Part shown: in pieces, positions 21,574 through 31,307 of the stretch
How positions within the stretch are numbered: the stretch's first letter is position 1
How the letters are laid out: the number at the start of each line of letters is the position of its first letter
Notes under the pieces: model-generated
Database searches by the model: none
Seen by the model: the letters and a program-made list of their open reading frames with translations, nothing else
Told to the model about the DNA's origin: nothing
Assembly (NCBI GenBank): GCA_963770895.1
Contig: CAVYRF010000002.1
Location: 1,600,001-1,664,000, forward strand
Source of the DNA: an uncultured Acidobacteriota bacterium
GTDB lineage: Bacteria > Acidobacteriota > Thermoanaerobaculia > Multivoradales > UBA5704
Direction of reading: 5' to 3'
DNA: 64,000 bases
Made by a program: the position numbers and the translations under genes

Positions 21574-22332
21574 ATGAGCCCGGATTGGATCCTGGTGCCG
21601 GGAGGCTGGTTCTGGATGGGCGGCGGGCTGCGCGACAACGAAAACCCGCGCCACCAGGTGTGGCTGCCGCCCTTTCGCCTGGCCAGGACCGCCGTGACCC
21701 GGCAGCAGTACCAGGCGTTCCTGGACGCGACGGGCCATACGGCGCCGCCGTTCTGGGCGGCGGAGGAGTTCGCCGGCCTCGGCATGCCGGCGGTGGGACC
21801 GTCCTGGGACGACGCACAGCTGTACTGCGCCTGGCTCGCGCCGCGGCTGGGATTTGCCGTGCGGCTGCCGTGCGAAGCCGAATGGGAGTGTGCGGCCAAG
21901 GCGGGACGCGAAGTGGTCTATCCGTGGGGCGATGAGCCGCCCGAAGCGCTCCCTGACTACGAGCGGCGGTGGTTGCGCGGACCGGAGCCGGTGGACGCCT
22001 ACCCGTCGCGACATCCGCTGGGATTGGTGGGCATGGGAGAGAACGTGCACGAATGGTGCGGCGACTGGTTTGCGGCGGACTACTATGCGCGGTCGCCGCC
22101 GCGGCAGCCGCGCGGCCCCGCGACCGGCACGCGGCGAGCGTCGCGCGGCGGCGCGTGGCGGCACCAGGTCAAGGCCAGCCGCTGCGCCGCGCGCTCGGCG
22201 ATCCCACCCAGCCTGCGCTACGCCGACTACGGCTTCCGGCTGGCCGCCGCGGCTGCAGAGACCACCGGGGCCGCTGGGACCACCGGTGCCGCTGGCGGGC
22301 CGGCGGCAACGGCACGGGAAGCAGGCGGATGA
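21574..22332 (+). CDS. Formylglycine-generating-enzyme/SUMF1 (FGE-sulfatase) domain protein
   Basis: VPGGWFWMG..ENPRHQV, SWDDAQLYCAW, RLPCEAEWE, YPWG, MGENVHEWCGDW, RGGAW and GFRL. Confidence 0.9.
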   Translation: MSPDWILVPGGWFWMGGGLRDNENPRHQVWLPPFRLARTAVTRQQYQAFLDATGHTAPPFWAAEEFAGLGMPAVGPSWDDAQLYCAWLAPRLGFAVRLPCEAEWECAAKAGREVVYPWGDEPPEALPDYERRWLRGPEPVDAYPSRHPLGLVGMGENVHEWCGDWFAADYYARSPPRQPRGPATGTRRASRGGAWRHQVKASRCAARSAIPPSLRYADYGFRLAAAAAETTGAAGTTGAAGGPAATAREAGG

Positions 22333-22748
22333 GCGGCCGGCGTCCTGACGGAGAAGGCGCCGGCGGCGCACCCGAGGCGCTCCCCGGCAGCGGCGGGCTG
22401 CCTGCCAACGGTGTGCAGAGCCAGCCACCGCGCGACCCGGCCTGGGGCGGCGCGGTGGTCGCGCTGGCGGCGACCTTCCTGCTGCACATCTTCGCGGTGC
22501 TCTGGGTGTGGCGCGGCGGCTTCGGTCGTAGCGGACTCCTCGCCTGGATGGATTTCCCGTCGTCGCTCGCCTATCTGCGGCTGCGCGGCGGCGCCATGCT
22601 CGCCTGCAGCCTGGCGCTGGGCGGCCTGCAATGGGGGGCGGTCGGCGCCGGCCTCAGTCTCCTGATCGGCCGCTCGGCGCGGCGGCCGGTGGAGCCGCCA
22701 ACGCCGGCCGCCGGCGACCCACCCCGCCCTGGCGCCGGACCGGGTTAA
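22329..22748 (+). CDS. Hypothetical membrane protein
   Basis: ATGA overlap with the upstream stop, two hydrophobic segments, ends just before dusB. Confidence 0.6.
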   Translation: MSGRRPDGEGAGGAPEALPGSGGLPANGVQSQPPRDPAWGGAVVALAATFLLHIFAVLWVWRGGFGRSGLLAWMDFPSSLAYLRLRGGAMLACSLALGGLQWGAVGAGLSLLIGRSARRPVEPPTPAAGDPPRPGAGPG

Positions 22749-22758
22749 AATCGACGCC

Positions 22759-23775
22759 ATGGTGCAGATTGGGACCCTCCAGATCGATCCGCCGCTGTGG
22801 CTCGCCCCCATGGCCGGGGTGACCGACTGCGACTTTCGGCTGATCGTGCGGCGCATCGGCGGCGTCGGCGTGGTGGCGATGGAATTCATCTCCTCGCGCG
22901 CCATCGTTTCGGGCAACCAAAAGACCCGCGACCTGATGCGCTTCAGCGAAGAGGAGCGGCCGCTGGCCATCCAGATCTACGGCTCGGACGTCGCCACCAT
23001 GCGTGAGGCGGCGCTGGTGGTCGAAGAGCTGCGCCCCGACATCTGCGACATCAACATGGGCTGTCCGGCCAACAAGGTGCTCAAGGGTTGCGCCGGCGCC
23101 GCGCTGATGGGCGATCTCAAGCTGGCGGAGCGCATCATCCTCGCCGTGCGGGACGCCATCTCGATCCCCTTGACGGTCAAGTTCCGCCTCGGCCTTGACG
23201 AGTGCCGCACCAACTACCTGGAGCTGGGCAAGATCTGCCAGGGCAGCGGCGTCGCCGCGGTAGCGATGCACGCGCGCACCGCGCGGCAGATGTACACCGG
23301 GGAAGCGGACTGGTCGCACCTGGCGCGCCTCAAGGAGCACCTTTCCATTCCGGTCATCGGCAACGGCGACGTGCGGGAACCCGAAGACGCCCTGCGCCTG
23401 CTCGCGGCGACCGGCTGCGACGGCGTCATGGTGGGCCGCGGCGCAACCCGCAACCCCTGGATCTTCAGGCAGATCGCCGCCAAGATGGCAGAGCTGCCGG
23501 GAGCCGCCGCAGACCCGGCAGCCGGCCGGATCACCGCGCCCACGCTGGCCGATCGGCGCGACCTGATCCTGTCCCACTTTCAGCGCGTCGCCCACCGCGA
23601 AAACTCCGCCTTCGCGCTGCACAAGCTGCGCAAGTTCACCGGCTGGTACACCCACGGCCTGCCCAACGGCCGCCGCCTGCGCCAGGAGATCAACCAGCTG
23701 CCCGACGTCGCCAGCTTCCTGGCCGCGGTCGAATCCTTCCTGGCGGAGCTCATCCAGGAAGAACAGGCAGCCTGA
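22759..23775 (+). CDS. dusB: tRNA-dihydrouridine synthase
   Basis: LAPMAGVTD, DINMGCP, TVKFRLG, HART..Y.G.ADW, IPVIGNGDV and DGVMVGRG. Confidence 0.95.
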   Translation: MVQIGTLQIDPPLWLAPMAGVTDCDFRLIVRRIGGVGVVAMEFISSRAIVSGNQKTRDLMRFSEEERPLAIQIYGSDVATMREAALVVEELRPDICDINMGCPANKVLKGCAGAALMGDLKLAERIILAVRDAISIPLTVKFRLGLDECRTNYLELGKICQGSGVAAVAMHARTARQMYTGEADWSHLARLKEHLSIPVIGNGDVREPEDALRLLAATGCDGVMVGRGATRNPWIFRQIAAKMAELPGAAADPAAGRITAPTLADRRDLILSHFQRVAHRENSAFALHKLRKFTGWYTHGLPNGRRLRQEINQLPDVASFLAAVESFLAELIQEEQAA

Positions 23776-23777
23776 CC

Positions 23778-24278
23778 GTGCCCGCGCCGCCTGGCGCCTG
23801 CGCCATCGAGCTCCCCTGCTCGGTGCAAGACGCCATGCGCGCTGCTGACCAGGCCGCCGAAGAATGGGGAGCGACGATCCAACGCGGCAACGGCGAGACC
23901 GTCCTGACTCTGCCGGTCGTCGCCGGGATGCGGCGCGGTCTCCTGCAGGGACCCTTGCGGATCACCGCGGAAGGCCCCCTGGCGCGCGTCACCTTCGCGC
24001 CAGCCGCCGAGGACTACCACCTGGAAACCCCCGCCGTCGCCGTCTTGCTGCTGGCGGGCGCCGGCGGGCTCCTCGCCGTGGGCTGGCCTCTGTTTCCGCG
24101 CCTGCTCCTGCCGGTCGCCCCGCTGGGCGCGGTGCTGGCGATCTCGGGCTGGCTGCTGGTCCTGTCGCGAAGGCGCGGCAAGAGCCCGCAGGACTTCTTC
24201 GCCCGTCTCCAGGCCATCGCCGGCAGCGCCGCCCCCCAGCCGGCGGGGGAATTTCCGCCATCACAAAGCGGTATATAG
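23778..24278 (+). CDS. Hypothetical membrane protein
   Basis: GTG 2 nt after the dusB stop, two C-terminal TM segments. Confidence 0.6.
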   Translation: MPAPPGACAIELPCSVQDAMRAADQAAEEWGATIQRGNGETVLTLPVVAGMRRGLLQGPLRITAEGPLARVTFAPAAEDYHLETPAVAVLLLAGAGGLLAVGWPLFPRLLLPVAPLGAVLAISGWLLVLSRRRGKSPQDFFARLQAIAGSAAPQPAGEFPPSQSGI

Positions 24279-24305
24279 TCGTGCAGCAGACGTTCTTTGG
24301 TAACT

Positions 24306-24656
24306 GGGGGCGTACCGGTTTCGACGGGGAACAAGAGCGGCGCGGAGGATGCGTGTCGAACTCCACCCGTAAAGTGGAACTTGTAACTGCGAACGATAAC
24401 TTCGCACTCGCGGCCTAAAAAGCCGTGACGTACCGATGGGAGCGCGACCCGCGGCGCTCATCGGTGCGACGCTAAAGCGGGTCAATGGGTGCGGATCGCC
24501 CTGCGCCGCATCCTGATACAAAGCAAGGCTGGCCGCCGCGCCAGGTGCCTTCTTCCAACGCGCGGTCCGGCGAGATTTTCAAATAGAAGGCTACGCACGT
24601 AGAAGCTTCTGCACCGCGTTTTCCGGACGTGGGTTCGATTCCCACCGCCTCCACCA
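24306..24656 (+). ncRNA. ssrA: tmRNA, tag peptide ANDNFALAA*
   Basis: 5' GGGGGCG..GGTTTCGAC, 3' GGTTCGATTCCCACCGCCTCCACCA, tag codons at 24389-24418. Confidence 0.97.
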
Positions 24657-24821
24657 ACCCTCTCCTCAGTTCTGCCCCACCCCCAACTCCGACCCCTGGT
24701 GTTCCTTACCTCGTAGCCCGATTTCGGGCCCGTCCATTCAGAAGTTTGCCGCCCCATTCAGCGACCCTCACCATCCCGCCGGCGCCGTCACCATCGGCAC
24801 CCGCACCGGGACACCGCCACA

Positions 24822-25937
24822 CTACGCTTCGAAGGCCGCGGCAATACTGGCGCTGTAAGGCGCCTCGAGCACCCCCACCTCGGTGATGATGGCCGTGACC
24901 AGGCTGTGGGGAGTGACGTCAAACGCGAAGTTGACCGCCTCCGTGCCCGCCGGCGCAACGCTGGTTCCGAACACCTGGGTCACCTCGACCGCCAGGCGCT
25001 GCTCGATCGGGATCGCCGCGCCGTTCGGCGTTTCGCGATCGATCGTGGACAGCGGCGCGGCGACGTAGAACGGCACCTGGTGATAGGCCGCCAGCACTGC
25101 CAGCGGATAGGTGCCGATCTTGTTCGCCGTGTCACCATTGGCGGCAATCCGGTCGGCGCCCACCACGATGCGGTCCACCAACCCCTGCGCCATCAGCGTG
25201 CCAGCGGTCGAATCGGTCACCAGCCGCGAAGGGATTCCCAGGCGCCGCAGCTCCCAGGCCGTCAGGCGCGCCCCCTGTAACAGCGGGCGCGTCTCGTCGA
25301 CCCACACCATTTCGACAGCCTGCCGCGCCCACGCCGAGCGGATGACCCCCAGTGCCGTGCCGTAGCCGGCCGTCGCCAGCGCGCCGGCGTTGCAGTGCGT
25401 CAGCACCCGGCTGCCGGGAGCGAACAGCGCGGCGCCGTGCTCGCCGATACGGCGGTTGATCTCCACGTCCTCGGCAGCGAGCCGGCCGGCCCAGCCAAGC
25501 AGGGCAGACGCCACCGCCTGCGGCCCTTCGGCCACGTGTTCTTCGAACACCGCCCGCCCGCGGCGCAGCGCCCAGCGCAGGTTCACCGCCGTGGGCCGGG
25601 TCGCCGCCAACAGTTCGCTGATCGCGTCAAAGCGCGCGGGCAGGTCGGACGCTTCCCGCACCGCCGCCATCCCAACCGCCAGGCCATACGCGGCCGCCAC
25701 CCCGATCGCCGGCGCACCGCGCACCGACAGCCGCCGGATCGCCGCGGCGACGTCTTCGGGCGTGCGGCACTCCAACCATACCTCCTGCGCCGGCAGCACC
25801 GTCTGATCCAGCAGAAACAGCGCGCCCTGCCGCCACGCAATCGGCGAGAATTCCTCGGCCGTCTGCGCCGAGGCGGCGGGGCCGGCAGCCGCGGGGGATG
25901 CTGAAAGCTGCGTCGAGGTCGAGTCCGATTCGCTCAT
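24822..25937 (-). CDS. mtnA: S-methyl-5-thioribose-1-phosphate isomerase
   Basis: LLDQT.LP, VRGAPAIG, RPTAVNL, LTHCNAGALATAGYGTALG, ETRPLLQGARLTAWEL and FDVTP. Confidence 0.96.
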   Translation of the reverse strand: MSESDSTSTQLSASPAAAGPAASAQTAEEFSPIAWRQGALFLLDQTVLPAQEVWLECRTPEDVAAAIRRLSVRGAPAIGVAAAYGLAVGMAAVREASDLPARFDAISELLAATRPTAVNLRWALRRGRAVFEEHVAEGPQAVASALLGWAGRLAAEDVEINRRIGEHGAALFAPGSRVLTHCNAGALATAGYGTALGVIRSAWARQAVEMVWVDETRPLLQGARLTAWELRRLGIPSRLVTDSTAGTLMAQGLVDRIVVGADRIAANGDTANKIGTYPLAVLAAYHQVPFYVAAPLSTIDRETPNGAAIPIEQRLAVEVTQVFGTSVAPAGTEAVNFAFDVTPHSLVTAIITEVGVLEAPYSASIAAAFEA

Positions 25938-26038
25938 GCCGGGAAACCGCCGGAAAAGCCGCTGAGATTGAGGGGGAGCAAACTGAGGGGAGCAGATTGA
26001 GGGGGAGCCCTGCCGCGCCGGAGGGCGCGCAACACGCG

Positions 26039-26437
26039 TCAAAAGTCGGTGTCGTCGGGATCGGCGGCGTAGGCCAGCTCTTCCTCTTCGTCGTCCTCTT
26101 CCTCGGTCGCCGAGTACGCCGTCTTGTCCACCGAGCCCGCGATCCAATCCAGGAACCCCTGATCGCCCTGGGCCACCCCGAACGACAGGATCTCGGGCAG
26201 CTCATAGCTGTGCAGCTCGCGGATCGTCGCGGCGACGCTCTCGAACTCTTCCTGCATCGTCTTGATCAGCAGCAACAGCTCGCCGTCCTTGCAGATCTTG
26301 CCCTTCCACCGGTAGATCGAACGGATCCCGGGCACGATGTTGACGCACGCCGCCTCCCGCCGGGCAATGATCTCGCGCGCTATCAGATTGGCTTGTTCCT
26401 CAGTCCCGACGGTCGTCACCACCACGATCGCGCGCAT
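26039..26437 (-). CDS. cutA: Divalent-cation tolerance protein CutA with an acidic tail
   Basis: AACVNIVPGIRSIYRWKG..E.LLLIKT..LHSYELPEI. Confidence 0.95.
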   Translation of the reverse strand: MRAIVVVTTVGTEEQANLIAREIIARREAACVNIVPGIRSIYRWKGKICKDGELLLLIKTMQEEFESVAATIRELHSYELPEILSFGVAQGDQGFLDWIAGSVDKTAYSATEEEDDEEEELAYAADPDDTDF

Positions 26438-26444
26438 GCCAGCG

Positions 26445-26473
26445 ACGTTACTGCACCCCTCCAAACGAGTCAA
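26445..26473 (-). promoter_or_regulatory. Sigma70 promoter for leaderless cutA
   Basis: TTGACT-17 nt-TAACGT-7 nt-ATG on the minus strand. Confidence 0.7.
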
Positions 26474-27096
26474 TGCAAGCGCGGCCACCAACAGCGATCG
26501 GCGCCAGCATTCCGCGCCGGGCGGCCTCCATCGCCAAACGGCGCCCGTGGCTCCCCGATCCGGCGCGCCTGGCCGCTGGACCCGCCCTGGGTGCGGGGCT
26601 CCACGAATGCCCGACCGGCCCGGAGCGCTCTCCGAGCCGGCCGAAGCTCCCTGTCGTCCCTGCAATCGTGCTCTCTAAGGCAGCTCGCCACCCCCTCTCC
26701 GGTTCATCGACGTCCCCCGCCTCCTCAAGCCGCCTGCCAACCCGCGCTAGAGCGTTAAAGCGTGGCAAGGAAACGATTTAGCGCGCCGCGGCTAAAACCT
26801 GCCGCAGTCTTGCCGTCAAAGGATCTTGACGACGCGGGCCTGTACCTGGCACAGCCGCGGCGGTATACGACCGCAGCCGGCGCCCTCGCGAGGGGCGACG
26901 GGATGGGGTGGTCGACGAACCCACGGACGGGTGTCAAGCGATTGAGACAGGCGCCAGATCACTTGACAGAGGTGAGCCTGGGCCAGCTTGGCTGTGCGGA
27001 CCCGGGGGTTGCTCCGGGCGGTTGGCCGGCCGCAGCGGTTGCGCCGGTCGCCGGGTGGCGTAGCCTTGGACGGCGGGTTCGGGTAGATTACGCCGC

Positions 27097-27798
27097 ATGG
27101 CTAAGCGGTCCATCCAACGGGAGTACCTTGAAGCGCTGCTGATTGCGGCGATCTTCCTGCAGTTCGCCAATACCTTCGTGGTGCAGACGTACTACATCCC
27201 CAGCGGGTCGATGAAGAACACCCTGCTGGTGGGCGATCACCTGTTCGTCAACCGGTTTATCTACGGTCCGGCGGCGACGGCGATGGAGCGGCAGCTGCTG
27301 CCGCTGCGGTCGGTCCGGCACGGGGACATCGTGGTCTTCCGGTCGAAGGAGAACCTGCTGATCGACGTGGTCAAGCGCTGCGTGGGGCTGCCCGGCGACG
27401 TCATTCGAGTCGTCGACAAGCAGCTCTATATCAACTCGCGGCCGGTCGCCGACTCGGCGTACGCGATCCATACGGATTTCAAGCACATCCCGCCGCAGTA
27501 TCCGCTCGCACCGCAGATGCAGACACGCGACTACTTCGGGCCGTTCACCGTGCCGCCGGCAAGCTACTTCTGCATGGGCGACAACCGCGACAACTCGTGG
27601 GACTCGCGGTTCTGGTTGGAGCTGCCGGGGCGCTATCTGCTGGGTCGCGCCTTCGCCATCTACTGGTCGAAGGAGAGCGACGAGACGACGGAAGGTGCCT
27701 GGCAGGGGATGGGCGCCAAGATCGCGGACCTCACCAAGACGGTGCTGCACTTCTACTCCATCACCCGCTGGAACCGCACATTCCGGGTCGTCCGGTAG
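27097..27798 (+). CDS. lepB: Signal peptidase I (paralog 1)
   Basis: IPSGSM (catalytic Ser), VKRCVGLPGD (catalytic Lys) and MGDNRDNSWDSRFW. Confidence 0.95.
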   Translation: MAKRSIQREYLEALLIAAIFLQFANTFVVQTYYIPSGSMKNTLLVGDHLFVNRFIYGPAATAMERQLLPLRSVRHGDIVVFRSKENLLIDVVKRCVGLPGDVIRVVDKQLYINSRPVADSAYAIHTDFKHIPPQYPLAPQMQTRDYFGPFTVPPASYFCMGDNRDNSWDSRFWLELPGRYLLGRAFAIYWSKESDETTEGAWQGMGAKIADLTKTVLHFYSITRWNRTFRVVR

Positions 27799-27826
27799 GC
27801 AGCTTCGTGTCCCGCACCAGTGGCTG

Positions 27827-28537
27827 ATGGCGAGCTCCGGCACGCGCCCCGTCGTTCGTGAGTATCTGGAGGCGTTGCTGGTCGCCGTCATCTTTGCGAC
27901 CTTCGCCCGGACCTTCGTATTTCAGGCGTTCAAGATCCCATCGGGATCGATGGAAAAGAACCTGTTGATCGGCGACCACATCCTGGTCGACAAGTTCATC
28001 TACGGCCCGGTGCGGTGGGACTTCGAAAGGGCGCTGCTGCCGAACCGCACGGTGCGACGCGGCGACATCGTGGTGTTCCGCTTCCCGCAGGACCCCGCGC
28101 GCGACTTCATCAAGCGCGCGATCGGCATCCCCGGCGACGTGGTCAAGATGGTGGACAAACAGTTGTACGTCAACGATAAGCCAGTCGCGGACGGCACCTA
28201 TACCTACCATAGCGACCCGACGATCTACGGGCGCGGCCCACGGGGAAGCTTCGGGCTCGAACGCGACAACTTCCCCGCGACAAGAATCCCGGCCGCCAGC
28301 TATTTCTGCCTTGGCGACAACCGGGACAACTCCCACGATTCGCGCTTCTGGGGCATGGTGCCTGAAAGCTACCTGAAGGGCCGCGCCTTCGCCGTCTACT
28401 GGTCGTTCGACGACGGCGGCGCGATCGAGTCCACCGTCTGGCCGGGCCTTGCCGGCAAGCTCCGCCAGGTCGGCCGCGTGGCGGCCACATTCCTGTCGCA
28501 CACCCGTTGGGATCGCACGTTCAAGATCGTGCGCTGA
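27827..28537 (+). CDS. lepB: Signal peptidase I (paralog 2)
   Basis: IPSGSM, FIKRAIGIPGD and LGDNRDNSHDSRFWG. Confidence 0.95.
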   Translation: MASSGTRPVVREYLEALLVAVIFATFARTFVFQAFKIPSGSMEKNLLIGDHILVDKFIYGPVRWDFERALLPNRTVRRGDIVVFRFPQDPARDFIKRAIGIPGDVVKMVDKQLYVNDKPVADGTYTYHSDPTIYGRGPRGSFGLERDNFPATRIPAASYFCLGDNRDNSHDSRFWGMVPESYLKGRAFAVYWSFDDGGAIESTVWPGLAGKLRQVGRVAATFLSHTRWDRTFKIVR

Positions 28538-28611
28538 AGCCCTCCGCGGCGCGCGCATTCCAGCCGGTCTTTGCGTTAGACTCGTCGCCAATCCGAAGGG
28601 GAGGGTGCCCC

Positions 28612-28980
28612 ATGCCAGGCAGGATCGGCGAACGCGGTGAAGGCAATCTTGGTTGCGTCCTGTGGGTGGCGGTGCTGGTCATCGCGGTGCTGATGGCCGT
28701 CAAGATGATCCCGGTCAAAATCGCCTCTTCGCAGCTCTACGACTTCATGGAAGAGCAGGCCAAGTTCGCCGCCAACGCGGCGCCGGCCGAGATCGCCAAG
28801 ACCATCGTCAACAAGGCCAAGGAGCTTGAGCTGCCGGTCTCCAAGGACGACGTGCACGTCGAAAGAGTCGGCGACAACATCAGGATGCATGCCGAGTACA
28901 CGGTGCCGATCGAGTTTCCCGGTTACACCTACATGTGGCACTTCGACCATCAGGTGAACCGGCCGATCTTCATCTTCTAG
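28612..28980 (+). CDS. Small single-pass membrane protein (DUF4845-like)
   Basis: ERGEG followed by a hydrophobic helix, GGAGG RBS. lepB-DUF4845 adjacency is common. Confidence 0.65.
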   Translation: MPGRIGERGEGNLGCVLWVAVLVIAVLMAVKMIPVKIASSQLYDFMEEQAKFAANAAPAEIAKTIVNKAKELELPVSKDDVHVERVGDNIRMHAEYTVPIEFPGYTYMWHFDHQVNRPIFIF

Positions 28981-30860
28981 TGGATCTCGACTCCGTTCCG
29001 CCTGCCGGCGATGCGCCGGCCTCCGGCACACCGCAGGACGATTCCGGACTCCGGCGAAGGGGGCGGCGACTCGGCGGCGGCGGAACGCCGGATTGGTTGC
29101 GGCGCACGCGGGTGAGCGTGCTGGTTTGCGGCTTTCTGCCCGGAGCCCTGGTCGGCGCCCACCTCGCGGGGCTGCTGTTCTTTCTCAACCCGACCTTGCC
29201 GTGGCAGCTCCTGCCGGTGTCGCGGACCGTCGGTTGGTACGCTGTCGAGATCGGCCTGTTCGGTCTGTGCCTGCACCTGCCTCTGCTCGCATCGCGGCGC
29301 GGCGCGGCGCGGCTGTTGCCGTGGACGCTGACCGGGGCCCTGGCGCTGGCGGCGCTGCTCGACTGGACCCACGCGTCCCACTACGCGTACTACCTGCCGA
29401 CGGGCATCAACGCGCGGCTGATCAAGACCGCGATCTGGCTTTCGATCGCCGCCCTGATCGCCTTCTACACCGCGTTGCTGCACACCCTGGCGCGGCGCTC
29501 CTACGGTTGGCGCAGCCGTTTCACCTTCGCCGCGCTCTGCGTTCTTTCGATCTTCGTCATGGTGGAGCGGCGAGGCGCCTTCCACTACCGCCCCGCGCCG
29601 CCGGCGCGGCCCGCGGTGGTGGAACACATGGCGCGGCCTCGCCTGTGGGTCATCGGCCTCGAGACGGCGAGCCTGGACGCCGTCCTGCCGCTGGCCGGCC
29701 ACGGCGAGCTGCCGTTCCTGGCTGGCCTGCTGCGCCAGGGAGCCTATGGCCGATTGGAATCCTTTTCACCGGTGCGGCCCGAGGCGCTTTGGATGACCCT
29801 GGCCACCGGCAAATATCCGTGGCAGCACGGCGTGACCGGAAACCGCCTGTACAGCGCGCAGCGCATCGCGCCCGGTGCCGAACTCCGCCTGCTGCCGGCC
29901 GGCATCGCGTTCGAGCGCTGGGGACTGCTGCCGGCGCGCAGCCGCCTGCTGCATCGATACTCCCGGCAGGCACTGACGCTGTGGGAGATCCTGCCGCGCC
30001 TGGGCATCCCCGCCGGAGTGGTCAGTTGGCCGGCGTCGTCGCCACCCTCGCCGGGGCCCGAGTTCGCCTTGTCGGATCGCTACTTTTCGGCGCTCGCGGA
30101 GACGGCGACGGCTTCGCCGCCGGAGCTTGCCGCGTGGGCCCGCCGGCTGCGCCCCGACGCGCCCGCGGTTCGCGCCCTGCTGGCGACGCGGTTCCCCGGC
30201 GGAACGCCGGCGTTCCTGATGGAAACGCTGCGCGCCGATCTGTGGCGCGAGGCGGCGGCCCAGGCGCTCTTCGAGCGCTATCCGGACGTGCGCTGCACGT
30301 TCGTCGAGCTTCCCGGCCTGCGGCAGGTGTCGCGGCGCTTTTTCGGCGGGTTCAGCGGCGTGGAGTTCCACGGCTTGCAGGCGCAGGACTTCCGCGACGC
30401 GTCCGATCGCGTCGCGGATTACTACATGCGGTTGGATTCCTTTCTAGCCGAGATCTGGAAGGGGCACGGCGAAGACGACATCCTGGCCGTGGTGTCGGCG
30501 TCGGGGATCGAGGGCTCCGCCGGGTGGCGGCGAGTCCTGGGCGAGCTGTCACGCGAGGTGTCGCTGCAGGGATTCGACGCCAGCGCGCCGGATGGAATCC
30601 TGATGCTGTACGGCAAGGGCATCCAACCGGGTGCCCTGCTGACCGGCGCGCGGCTGGTGGACGTGATCCCGACCCTGATGTATGCCCTGCAGCTGCCGGT
30701 GGCGAGCGACCTGGACGGCCAGGTATTGACCCCCGCCTTCGAAAAGAGCTTCCTGGCGCAGCACCCGCTGTCGTTCCTGCCCACCTACGAGGCGCTGCCG
30801 GTGAATGCGGCGATCGCGGCCGCCGCCAGCCGCGGGCGTGACGGGCCAGCCGGACACTAG
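28980..30860 (+). CDS. Membrane-anchored alkaline phosphatase/phosphodiesterase superfamily protein
   Basis: N-terminal TM helices, VIGLE, LWMTLATGKYPWQHGV, DGILMLYG and DVIPTLMYAL..DLDG. The metal ligands look degenerate. Confidence 0.75.
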   Translation: MDLDSVPPAGDAPASGTPQDDSGLRRRGRRLGGGGTPDWLRRTRVSVLVCGFLPGALVGAHLAGLLFFLNPTLPWQLLPVSRTVGWYAVEIGLFGLCLHLPLLASRRGAARLLPWTLTGALALAALLDWTHASHYAYYLPTGINARLIKTAIWLSIAALIAFYTALLHTLARRSYGWRSRFTFAALCVLSIFVMVERRGAFHYRPAPPARPAVVEHMARPRLWVIGLETASLDAVLPLAGHGELPFLAGLLRQGAYGRLESFSPVRPEALWMTLATGKYPWQHGVTGNRLYSAQRIAPGAELRLLPAGIAFERWGLLPARSRLLHRYSRQALTLWEILPRLGIPAGVVSWPASSPPSPGPEFALSDRYFSALAETATASPPELAAWARRLRPDAPAVRALLATRFPGGTPAFLMETLRADLWREAAAQALFERYPDVRCTFVELPGLRQVSRRFFGGFSGVEFHGLQAQDFRDASDRVADYYMRLDSFLAEIWKGHGEDDILAVVSASGIEGSAGWRRVLGELSREVSLQGFDASAPDGILMLYGKGIQPGALLTGARLVDVIPTLMYALQLPVASDLDGQVLTPAFEKSFLAQHPLSFLPTYEALPVNAAIAAAASRGRDGPAGH

Positions 30861-30902
30861 CCTCAGCAGGCTAAGGCTAAGACTGGGTTTAGTGGACCGG
30901 CG

Positions 30903-31307
30903 CTAACCTTCGCGTCCCGCTCCCTTTGCCGCCACCAGCTTGGGGAGCGCTGCGGCGGGCTTTGCCGACTCGCGGCTCATCGCGCAGCGGCCTTCGAAAA
31001 ACGCGCCGTCCTCGACCAGCAGGGACGGGGTTTCGACGTCGGCGAAGACCTTGCCGGTGGAAGTGATCTGGACGCGCTTGGCGGCCTGAATCGTGCCCCG
31101 CACCTGGCCGGAGATCACGATCTGACCGACGCGCACGTCGCCTTCCACCTCGCCGCCTTCACCGACGATCAGCTCGCCCTCCGAGGCCACTTCCCCGGTG
31201 AACTTGCCGTGCACGCGGAAATGGCTGTCGAACTGGAGCTCGCCGCGCAAGTGGCTGCCGCGGTCGAGGAAGCCGTTCAGATCGCCCTGTTTGGCGGTGG
31301 TTTTCAT
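30903..31307 (-). CDS. Bactofilin (polymer-forming cytoskeletal protein)
   Basis: GFLDRGSHLRGEL.F..RVHGKFTGEV..LIVGEGGEVEGDV..L.VEDGAFFEGRC. The start overlaps the parB stop. Confidence 0.93.
   Translation of the reverse strand: MKTTAKQGDLNGFLDRGSHLRGELQFDSHFRVHGKFTGEVASEGELIVGEGGEVEGDVRVGQIVISGQVRGTIQAAKRVQITSTGKVFADVETPSLLVEDGAFFEGRCAMSRESAKPAAALPKLVAAKGAGREG

Noticed and set aside
23864-24418. ORF ending in ANDNFALAA as a real protein
   Set aside because: It is a chance open frame running into the tmRNA tag sequence.
24630-24821. Integrative element at the tmRNA 3' end (and at the tRNA-Ser genes)
   Set aside because: No integrase and no displaced duplicate 3' end were seen. The shared tRNA 3' sequence belongs to two complete tRNAs.
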